A stretch of DNA of 64,000 nucleotides, from contig NC_058368.1 in assembly GCF_018350175.1 (NCBI RefSeq), forward strand, positions 31,808,001 to 31,872,000, written 5' to 3'. Position 1 is the first letter of the stretch. Every line of letters starts with the position of its first letter. This stretch comes from Felis catus (taxonomy: Eukaryota). Made by a program: the position numbers and the translations under genes. Shown in pieces: positions 1 to 10,710 of this stretch. The notes under the pieces were generated by a model that ran no database searches, was not told the DNA's origin, and worked only from the letters and a program-made list of their open reading frames with translations.

Positions 1-856
1 CAGGCATATGTCATAAGATTGGCATTGAGGAATATGATGCTGACAGCAATGTAAAAATTGTATTTGATGGTGGCAGTACTAGTGAATATTGGTAACTAAT
101 AGACTTTTGGTATAAAATATGACTTTTTGGTATAAAAATATGAAGTGTGGGTGTGTGGTGCTGATGGTTGGTGATCAATAGTAGTGATGATAAAGAGAAA
201 AGTAAAATATAAAAGAGAGAATATCAACTAGATTTGCTGGCCAATTTGAAAATGGGGATTTAGATGTAGAGGAGAAAAATCACTAAAAATCACTAAAAGT
301 AACTAAAAGTTACTTCCACATTTCTTGCTTGAGGGAATGGGTGGAGCCTGTTGGAGTGCAGAGGAATACAGAGTAAACAAATCATATGTATATCTGGAGT
401 CAAGAAGGAGAGAGTGATTATTGGTGTCATAGCTGTAGATTGTCATTAAAGTAATAAGCATGGATGGGATTCAGCAGGGAGGGTGCATAAATGCAGGTTT
501 TTAATTGGTGGGTCTTGAAATATTGTTACACTGAGAAGGGTTTCCAGGTAGCCCTGGATATAAATATTGTTACCATTATCTTCAGTGAAAGCCTAGCAGA
601 GCTTAGTGTCTAGAGATTCAGGACATTGTCTACTCTGACACTTTCACTTCCACTCTCTGCAATAAAACACAAATATTTAGATGCCAGGCACTTTGTCAGG
701 CAAAAGCATTGAAAATACAACAAAGATGTGATGTCCTAAGGGTCAAGAAAAAGAGATGGTCCAGTTGAATGAACTAAAATACCATACTAATTTCGGCACT
801 ACCATATCACTGCCAACCATGATAGAAGCTCTTTCAGGTATAAATCTAGAAATCAA

Positions 857-1229
857 GGAGGCCTGGGTGGTTCACTTGGTTAAGCTTCTGACTCTTGATT
901 TCGGCTCAGGTCATGATCTCAGGGTTTGTGAGTTTGAACCCTGAGTCCCACTTTGTGCTGACTTAGAGGAGTCCTTTTGGGATTCTCTGTCTCCCTCTCT
1001 CTCTGCGCTCCAATCCCCGCCCCTTACTCTTGCTCTCACTCTCTTTCTCTCTCAAAAATAAATAGGGGCGCCTGGGTGGCTCAATTGATTAGGCATCTGA
1101 TTTCGCCTCAGGTCATAATCCTGTTTGTGTGTTCAAGCCCTGCATTGTGAACTCTGTGCTGATGGCTCAGAGACTAGAGCTTCCTTCAGATTCTGTCTCC
1201 CTCTCTCTGTCCTTCCCCCACTTGCACTC

Positions 1230-1280
<51 letters not shown>

Positions 1281-1336
1281 AATAAATATACATTAAAAAA
1301 TTAAAAATAAATATTTAAAAATTCAATCCATCAATC
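857..1336 (+). mobile_element. CAN-SINE (older copy) with a second SINE nested in its tail
   Basis: tRNA-like head GGAGGCCTGGGTGGTTCAC, (CT)n tract, AAAATAAATA tail; flanked by a degenerate TAGAAATCA direct repeat. Confidence 0.9.
1065..1302 (+). mobile_element. CAN-SINE inserted into the A-rich tail of the preceding SINE
   Basis: GGGGCGCCTGGGTGGCTCA head, long (CT)n; AAAAATAAATA at 1054-1064 and 1303-1313 as TSD. Confidence 0.9.
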
Positions 1337-2905
1337 AATGTAGAAATCAGATTTAAGTGCTTAGAAAAGGTGGGAAAATATGATAATTAATTATCAGCTC
1401 TTCTTTTGAGAAGCTTGGGTATAAATGAAAGAAGTGAGTCACATAGATAGTGAGAGATTTAGTATAAAGAGAAGGGGAATGACAGAATGCTTATAAGTAG
1501 GGGGAAGATAAAAGAGTGATTGGTTCATGATATGAAGGAGGTGTGGGTGGAACAAGATTCCTGGAAAGAATGCAGATGTGAGATTATTCACAGAAGATAA
1601 AAAAAATGGGATTATGGGTTTACATGCAGATTAAGACAGAAGTGGAGAGAATTCCCACAAAGAAGCTCTTATTTCCTTTATAAAGAAAAAGGCAGTGCCA
1701 TCTGCTTAGAGTGGGTAGGAAATGTTGAATAGAAGTAATCTCAAGGAGAATAGTGGAGACTTGAAATAGTGGTTTCAAGAAAAGAAAGAGATTGCCTATT
1801 ATGGACTCATTACCTTGTCAAACAGCTAACTTTGAAATCATGAATATGTAATGGGGCAAAATATACTGTGCATACTAGGAATGCCACCAGCATTTATCTC
1901 TTTCATATAAAATTACATGTTGCTGTGAAAATCTGATGTTGCACTGCCTTACACACATTTTTTTCTCCCACTTCAGATTTACTTTATTTTTTAATGTGAG
2001 AATGCATGAGAAATTTTGTGCAATGTAATTTTATAATCTATTAAAATAATAGTGATGTTTTCCTTTGACTTAGATTTGTTCATTTTATTAATGTGCTCCC
2101 TAAATTGAAACTCATACTTTTGGAGAGTACCTCCACCTCACCCAAAATTAGAAAGAGGAGGAGGAAGAGGAGCAGAAAGGAAAAAAAAAATGAAAGAGAA
2201 ACACGTTAAGAGTGGTGCTAAATGTTGTGTGCTTGGCATCAGGGGATCTCCACTGTGAACCATTTTCACTATCATTTTCATGTTCAAGTTAGACCCTGGA
2301 TGGTCGTCAAGTGACAGAAATGAGGATCACCGAGAGCTGTTGAGTATGTGAGTTATTAATTCCCTGTCTTACAGATTATGCTGTGTAGTTCATATCGATT
2401 TTTTTGGCTCTGTGTGAAAAAGCTCAAACTTTCTACCAGCTTTTGAGCCAAAAAGCAGCAAGTCCCAGGCCAGTTGTAGCACTTACAGCTAGCTTATCCT
2501 AGACAGGAGGAGAATGGTACAATTCTTCAGCGGGATTGATTGATATCTGCAGTCTCTTGGATAATACAAACCAAATATCCAACTTTTTTCTCATTTAAAA
2601 GAGCCTCCTGGGCCACATTTATCTGAGTACGTCACCTGTTTTTTCACTTTAGTCTGCCAGGGTGGCATACAGGGTGATGTAGTTTCTAGCATACTCTGGA
2701 TTTAACCTGAATGATAAGAAAATGTTTGGGAAATGATTTAAGTCTGGTATATGCCACTGTGCTGAAGCGTGGATCCCAATATAATTTCCCCTTCATCTGA
2801 AATATTTATATAGGTCACAATGCCAACATATTACTTTACCATATTTCATATTTTTATGTCTTTGCATAGGCTGTTTTCTTAAGAATATATGTTTGGAAGT
2901 TAATC

Positions 2906-3148
2906 TTTTTTATTTTTTATTATAAATTTTTTAATGTTTGTTTATTTTTGAGAGAGAGAGAGAGAGAGAGAGACAGAGCATGAGTGGGGGAGGGGCAGAG
3001 AGAGAGGGAAACAGAATCTGAAGCAGGCCTCACCTCAGGCTCTGAGCTGTCAGCACAGAGCTCAATGCAGGGCTCGAACTCACAAACTGTGAGATCATGA
3101 CCTGAGCTGAAATCGTACCCTTAACTGACTGAGCTACCCAGGCACCCG
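2906..3148 (-). mobile_element. CAN-SINE
   Basis: Reverse-complement SINE with (GA)n and T-rich tail; TSD-like GGAAG(T/G)TAATCTT on both sides. Confidence 0.9.
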
Positions 3149-3384
3149 GGAAGGTAATCTTCTATAGTTCAGTATGTGTAAAAAATAATTAGAAGTTTTC
3201 TGAATTGAAGATGATTAGGAGGAATAGAGTATTAAAACCAAGTACCCTGATTTTTAACAAATCCTATGGTTTATTTCAGGTGGTGCTTTTCACTTAAGCA
3301 GTATTACTCAGGAACAACGACTTTTTTAATGTGAATTACAATTTCTTTTCTTTAACTATCTCAATACTTCTCAGCATAGCAGGT

Positions 3385-3795
3385 ATTTTTTTTTCAGTGT
3401 TTTTATTTAAATTCTAGTTAGTTAATATACAGTGTAATGTTGGTTTCAGGTGTACAATATAGTGATTCAACACTTCTGGACATTACCTGGTGCTTATCAC
3501 AAGTGCACTTCTTATCCCCATGACCTATTTAACTCCTCCCCACACAGACCTCCCTTCTGGTAACTATCAGTTTGTTCTGTATAGTTAAGAGTCTGTTTCT
3601 TGGTTTGCCTCCCTCTTTCTTTATTTTTTCCCCTTTGCTTGTTTGTTTTGTCTTTTAAATGCCACATATGAGTGAAATCATAGTGTTTGTCTTTCTCTGA
3701 CTTTTTTTGCTTAATACTTACTATCTAGCTCTATCCATGTCTTTGCAAATGGTAAGATTTCAATATTTTTTATGACTGAGTAATATTCCACATGT
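3385..3795 (-). mobile_element. L1 3' end fragment (carnivore-type L1)
   Basis: Poly-T followed by reverse-complement L1 3'UTR/ORF2-end motifs (CCACATATGAGTGAAATCATA, TCTAGCTCTATCCATGT, GAGTAATATTCCA). Confidence 0.8.
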
Positions 3796-3837
3796 ATGTA
3801 TACACACACATACACACACACATATATAAGGTGTGTT

Positions 3838-3894
<57 letters not shown>

Positions 3895-4002
3895 ATACCT
3901 ATATATATGTATATCAGGATATACATATATACTTATATATATGTATATCCTGATATACATATATACTACAGATATCCTGATATACATATATGTAGGTATA
4001 GG

Positions 4003-4040
<38 letters not shown>

Positions 4041-4042
4041 TG
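3796..4042. repeat. Compound (CA)n/(TG)n/(TA)n microsatellite with an embedded palindrome
   Basis: Dinucleotide runs read directly; accounts for the YIYI/CVCV ORFs. Confidence 0.95.
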
Positions 4043-4270
4043 AGAATAGTCATGACGGCCATCAATCAAGCTGAGGCAAGAAGGCAATTTGAAGCTTTAA
4101 ATACTCTTAAAATAGATATTCAGTTGTTCCTTCTGTTTTTATCTGTGCCTTCACGTCCATTTTCAGAAACAGTACCAGTTGTATATGTTTGGGTTCTTCT
4201 CGATAATAGCCAGGCTGTTTCTCTGCTCTTCTTATAGTGTATTCAGGAACCCACATTCTTAATTCTAAGA

Positions 4271-4334
4271 TTAGGGTTAGTGTTAAGGTTAGGGATAGCT
4301 AGTGTTAGAGTTAGGGTTAGGGTAAAGGTAAGAG
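4271..4334 (+). repeat. Degenerate interstitial (TTAGGG)n tract, about 10 units
   Basis: TTAGGG TTAGTG TTAAGG TTAGGG ... CTAGTG TTAGAG TTAGGG TTAGGG TAAAGG TAAGAG. Confidence 0.75.
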
Positions 4335-5237
4335 TGGTGGAATGTACCTGGTGTCCTTCAGCATAACATTTAATTGGAAAAAAAAATTTAACTCTTCTGT
4401 TAGGAAATCTGTTAAAGGCAATGAGGAAGAGTAGGACAAAGATAAATGTTATTGTTCTTACAGCTATTTTGGACTTGAAAGATATTTTTAAAAATTGATT
4501 TGAAATGTATCTCTTTTTGTTTTCTTTAATTATCTGATATCTTTTCTGTCCTAAAAATAATTGACTCTAGCTATCCATGCTGACCCCACAGTTGTAGAAT
4601 AGTTTGATGAAAGTCTATGCTTATGTTTTCTTCATTATTTTCCTGAGATTAATCCAACACCTTTGAAATGGATCAGTGGAAAATACTCTTTTTTTATTCC
4701 AATATTGTATTTTCCTTTAATCTAGAGCTTTATTTATGCATTTTTGTTGGAGACCAATATCTATATGAACTGGCTTTTTCCTGCTTGAAATGGAACATAG
4801 ACTTTGTTATCATAAACTGTGTCAGAATCAACCACAGACTGAATCTCACTGGCTGTAGCTCATGACAACAGCAAATATAAGTTGTATATATATTCGTACA
4901 TAAATTTTTTCTTCTTTAATCTTCTGAAATACTTCCAGTTGTTGGCCTCTTATACATGCTAGAATATGATAACAAAATCAGCTAATTTGGTCACTATATT
5001 TCAAACAGCATGATACAAGAAAACTAATTAAAATGGAAATTTTAGGATTTTGTGCTCATTTTCTTTTCAGTTATATGGATATTTTGGCTACTCACACACT
5101 TCAGTACTTGCCATGATGGTAGAAGGTGGTGTATATGACACGTTCCCTGAAGTTTTCATTAAAATGCATTGGTAGGAGTCTCAGAAGGCTAAAAGCTTAT
5201 TCACAGAATGAACCAAGGATACCACTTTGCTACCTTT

Positions 5238-5460
5238 TTAAAATTATTATTATTTTATTATTTATTTATTTTGAGAGAGACAGAGAAAGCATAAGTGGGG
5301 GAGGGGCAGAGAAAGAGAGAGAGAGAGAGAGAGAGAATCCCAAGCAGGCTCTGCAAGGTTAGTGCACAGAGCCCGATGTGGGGCTTGAACTCCTGATACC
5401 ATGAGATTATGACCTGAGTTGAAGTCAGACGCTTAACAGACTGAGCCACCCAGGTGCTCC
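5238..5460 (-). mobile_element. CAN-SINE
   Basis: TSD CACTTTGCTACCTTT at 5223-5237 and 5461-5475. Confidence 0.93.
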
Positions 5461-6687
5461 CACTTTGCTACCTTTATCAAACCTCTGGCACAATACCTAT
5501 TTCTCCTAAGATTTTTACCATACTGCAAGATAATTTTCTTTCCATGACCAAAGGAACATTCATAGCCGCATGTGTCTGGTGGTAAATTCCATAACCCCAC
5601 ACATGACTGCAGTCATAGGATGATACAGAGGCAATTTTGTGGTTGATGCTTTGCCCCAAAGGAGCTTCCATATATTATCTGAGAATACATTTCCACTTGA
5701 GTGGCAATGTAAGGTTGTCACATTAGAGTCTTCTTTAATTAAAAAATTACCTGTCACTACATAGGGCACTAAGTAGGATGCCTATAATTTCTTTGGATTC
5801 TTGGGGCTCCCATAGAGATGACACTAAGTGGTTTCATAAACTCAGAAGAGTATGATAGTTAACACGCATTAGTAATTCAGTTTAATTTTGATGTAAAACA
5901 TCAGGGCAGTAAGAAAACTGATGTCTTAGAAATTGTATGGTGATGGTGGTGGTAGTAAAACCTCTTTTTGATGAATTTTTTACATAATAGAAATTGGAGT
6001 ATGGGGAATTGGTAAGAGTTTATACATTTAAATTTGAGAAAAATAGACTAAGTTTGTACATAGACACTAAGACGCAGTCTTCCATGGGAAATTCACCGTG
6101 ATAGACCCCCTATTTGTTGTTCAACATAAAACAAATATTTATTTGATTTTTCAGGTAGTATTGATTTATATGTAAAATGTTGATTTTATATGAGAAATGT
6201 GATAGTATTATCTATGAGAAATAAATAAATATATAAATATATATCACAATATATAAATAATTGTGATATTAATTTGTTTCAATGAAGAGCACAATACAAA
6301 TTATATATGACTATATTTATCTTAACATAACTATACAGAGTTTACAGATATAATGTATATATGTGGTCCACTATATATACATATAAATATAGCCAAAAAT
6401 ATATGTTTGTATATAACTTTTATTATAATGTTTTTTCTCTCATGCCTGAAAGTCTAGAAAATTTTTAACAAGGAATTATATCTTCTATTAGGAACATATG
6501 AATCCTAATAAAAGGCAAAGATAAAACTAAAATATAAAATCAGTTACTTTTTTTATAGGTACTGGTATATAAACTTCCAAAATGAATAATAAATGTCTAT
6601 TTTTCATTGACTTCATAGTCTACTGTAGATCATAGAAATCACTGGAATAACCAATTCAACCAGTCATTCATTCAGAGACTCACAATT

Positions 6688-6896
6688 TTTGTTTGTTTAA
6701 AGTTTAATTATTTTGAGAAAGAGACAGCAAGAGTGAGCAGGGCAGGAGAAGAGAGAGAGAGAGAGAGAGAGAGAATCCCAAGGAGGCTCCACACTACCAG
6801 CGCAGAGCCCGATGTGGGGCCAAAACCCACGAACTGCAAGACCTGAGCCAAAATCAAGAGTCAAATGCTTAACCAGCTAAGCCCCTCAGGTGCCCC
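6688..6896 (-). mobile_element. CAN-SINE (diverged)
   Basis: (GA)n tract and ...CAGGTGCCCC end. Confidence 0.88.
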
Positions 6897-7861
6897 AAGC
6901 TCGCAGTTTTTCCATTGTATGGCTTTGCCATTTCTTGTGCCTCAGAATCTATAATAGATTATCTGCATCTAGTAAGATAAGCTACAAAATATAGAGAGCC
7001 ACAGGGAAATATTAGGGCTCTGCATATTCCGTTGGTTACATCTCAGCCACATGGCCCCAGCTAATTAAAAATAAAATTGCTGGGAACTGTTTTCTAATGG
7101 CATGCACAGGAGAAAAAGGGAAAGAGATTTGGTGACTGGACAGTACTGTTTCTGTCAGTCCGTTCTTCTGTCCATCAGGTAACTTTTTACTCCCTCTCAC
7201 TCCTAGACCATATTTACCTATTCCAGGGAGTAGAATTCAAAGTCTCACTCAATGACTTAATTCCAGGTTCAAAATCCCCAGAGATATGCAGTCTTTGTCA
7301 TGAGGTCTGTATATGAACTTTGTACTCTGGTAGTATCATTACCCAAGTTCTTACACAGTCAAGATTATGGATAAATGTCTTGATCATCATCATACACTTG
7401 TATTCACTTCACTAGCATACATACACACATATGTACACATTCATATAAAGAACATTGGTTAAAAAAAAAGAAAGAAAGAACATTGGTAATGAAGGCCGTG
7501 GCAGTGCATTTATACTCACATATATCTGTATTTACATGTATATCTACACCTATGTATAAAAATATAACATATATATAATATATACACCTCTTTGCACATA
7601 CAGAGATAGTTATATAATATAAATAAATATATATACACACACAGATATTATTTGAGGCAGAATTTACAGAGAATGAATGTACAGATATTAAAGGTAAAGT
7701 TTGTAGACTTTATAAAGTATATTCATCACTTCTACCTACATATGGAATGCTTTCATCATCCCAGAAAGTTTCTTCATGCCACGTTCTAATAAAGTGCTTC
7801 AATAATAAAGTACATATTGATGGACTGAATTTCTTTTCTTCCATTCTGGCAATTTACTTTC

Positions 7862-8725
7862 ATTTTTTAATTTTATTATAGTAAAAGCACTTAATATAAA
7901 ACATACCCTCTTAAGAAATTGAGTGCAATATATTATTTTTGACCATAGATACAATGTTGTACAGATCTTTGGAAGTTATTCATTTTTCTTAAGTGAAACT
8001 GTATGCCTGTTCATTAGTAGATACCCATTTCTCCTTTCCCTCAGCTCCTGGCAATCACCAGGATTCCACTCTTTGATTCTATGAATTTGACAACTTTAGA
8101 AAATTCATGTAACTGGAAGCATGCAGTATTTGTCTTTCTGTGACTGACTTATTTCATTTATATAATATCTTCAAGGTTCACCCATGTTGTTGCTTATTGT
8201 AGAATTTCCTTCTTTTCAATGGCTGAATAATATTTCATTATGAATATAATATAAAACCACATTTTCTTTAACTGTTTATCCATTAATGGACATTTTGCTT
8301 GTTTCCATATATTGGTTATTGTAAATGGTGCTGAAATAAACATGGAAGAACTAATATCTCTTCGGATCCTAATTTCAGTTATTTGGATAAATACCCAGAA
8401 GTGGAATGGCTGAGTAATACAGCAGTTATGTTTTTAATTTATTGAAAAAACTTTGGACTGTTTTCCACAATGGCTGTGTCATTTTGCATTTCCACCAGCA
8501 GTGTGCAAGGGCTCCAATTTCTCCACATCTTTGCCAACACTTATCATCCTTTTTTTTTTTTATTAATAGCCATCCTGAAAAGGGTGAAATGATTTCTCAA
8601 TGTGGTTTCAATTTACATTTCTCTGAAGAAGATAAGTGACATTGAGCATCTTTTAAAATATCTGTTGGTCATTTGCATGCCTTCTTTGTAGAAATTTCTA
8701 TTCAAGTCCTTAGCCCAATTTTTAA
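7862..8725 (-). mobile_element. Old L1 (L1MA-like) 3'UTR and ORF2 C-terminal remnant
   Basis: Reverse-complement L1 motifs: AATACCCAGAAGTGG, TTTTCCACAATGGCTG, CCACCAGCAGTGTGCAAGGG, CCACATCTTTGCCAACAC. Confidence 0.8.
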
Positions 8726-9587
8726 TTCTAAGCACCCAGCTCTGGATAAACAAGAAATTATCTTCATAGAGAATTTAATCTTACCCAATGTGAGTCCTAT
8801 TTCATGGGCCAAATTTTCTATAGTATCTACGTGCATTTTGCCACTTTTCAATGTTTCCAAATGGTTGTTTTATTTTTAAATTTCTGTCCAGAATGTATCA
8901 TTGTTAATATAAGAGAATTTATCTAAACCAAGCTATTCCTATACATTATATACATGTATATGTAAATGCTCATATGTATATAATGTTTGTATGTAAGTAT
9001 ATATAAAAATTATATATTACATATATAAATATTTTTATAATAAAATTATACTCGTTTACTATTTATGATAATAAACAGGTTTACACTTAAAACAAATTTA
9101 TCTGACCAAAAAATGTGTTGATTCAAAAGGTATTAATATATAAATCCACATAGATAAAGATGCCAAAAATCATTAATGTACATATAAAACACCATAATTT
9201 CAGAAATATTTCATTGGATGAAATAACATCACAGCAATCATGGTTGGCTATATGTCTGAAATAAAATGGTGAAATAATCAACATGATATAATATTTTTAA
9301 AGTCTCTGAAGTTAGCATAATTTAAAACACTTCATCTTACAAAATTTAAGAGTTTATTGTAAGAAAATTTAACAATTATAATTTTTTTACTTCTTCTGAA
9401 TGTACGGTAACCCTTTAATAGAGCAAAAATTACAAAAATTTCTATAGACAAAAATGAAAGTGTTCTGCAACAAAACTATATCACAGATTTCTGGATTGCC
9501 ATCAGCATAAATCCAAAATGATTATCATCTGAACATGAATTTATTAGGGGCTTGCTATATGCTAAGTTGAGCACTTAAGAATCACTG

Positions 9588-10288
9588 GATGTTGATTTTA
9601 TATCCTGCAACTTTACTGAATTTGATGATTAATTCCAACAGTTTTTTGGTTGAGTCTTTAAGACTGTATATAAAATCATGTCAACTGCAAACAGAGACAA
9701 TTTTACTTCTTCCTTTCTGATTTAGATGACTTTTATTTCTTTATCTTGTCTAATTGTTCCACCTAGGACTTCAAGTCTTTGTTGAATAAAAGTGGTGAGA
9801 CTGGGTACCCTTGTCTTGTTCCTTATCTTAGAGGGAAATCTTTCAATGTTTCACCATTTTGATACTAGCTGTGGGTGTTTCATATATGGTGTTTATTATG
9901 TTGAGGTATGTTTCTTCTATAACCAAGTTGTTGAAGGTTTTATTATGAATAAATTTTGTATTTGTCAAATGCTTTTTTTTGCATCTATGAAGATAATATG
10001 ATTTTTATCTTTTATCCTTTTAATGTGGTATATCTCACTTATTGACTTGTGTATCTTGGGCCATCCTTGCATCCCAGATATTAATCTTACTTGATCATGG
10101 CATATGATTCTTTTAATACACTGTTTAAGTAGGTTTGCTAATACTGTGTTAAGATTTTTACATCTAAGGATGCCTAGGTGGCTCCATTGCTTATGTGTCC
10201 AACTCTTGAATTTGACACAGGTCATGATCCCAGTATCATGGGATCAGCTACATGTCAGGCTCCACACTGAGTATGGGGCCTGCATGAG

Positions 10289-10338
<50 letters not shown>

Positions 10339-10710
10339 CCCCTCTCTCCCCCTTCTGCCCCTCTCTCCCAGGTGTGCTCTCTTTCTCTATCCCTCTAAAA
10401 TAAATACAATGAAAAAGTTTTTTAGTGAAATTACTTTAAAAAAGGAATTTTTGCATCTATATTGATCAAGGATATTGGTCTGTAGTTTTCCTTTCTTCCA
10501 GTGTCCTTATCTAACGTGGTATCAGGGTAATTCTAGCCTCATAAAATGAGTTTTGGAATGTTTCCTACCCTTAAATTTTGAAAGAGCTTGAGAAGAATTG
10601 GCATTAGCTCTTCTTTAAAGGTTTGGTAGAATTTACTAGTTAAACCATCTGGTCTGGGTTTTTCCTTGTTGGGAGGCTTTTTATTAATGACCCAATGTTT
10701 TTATTTGCCA
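9588..10710 (-). mobile_element. Inverted 5' segment of a twin-primed L1 (ORF2 RT region)
   Basis: Minus-strand translation gives L1 ORF2 motifs (IICHDQV, IDAKKS, ending VAGYKINI at 9588). Confidence 0.85.
10168..10445 (+). mobile_element. CAN-SINE nested in L1
   Basis: SINE head and (CT)n; TSD ATTTTT(A/G)CATCTA at 10154-10166 and 10447-10459. Confidence 0.88.

Noticed and set aside
102..314. Short tandem duplications (GACTTTTGGTATAAAATAT x2; about 10-nt AAAATCACT-like unit x4)
   Set aside because: Ordinary slippage repeats without unique spacers; not CRISPR-like
2289..2374. Possible exon ending in AT/GTGAGT, followed by an acceptor at 2374
   Set aside because: Donor and acceptor are only 27 nt apart, too short for an intron; upstream acceptor is weak; peptide not recognised
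3711..4237. ORFs of 71-134 aa rich in YI/CV/HT
   Set aside because: Translations of dinucleotide microsatellites
5477..5769. Two overlapping minus-strand ORFs in non-repeat-looking DNA
   Set aside because: Short, no recognisable domain, no convincing splice-site pair
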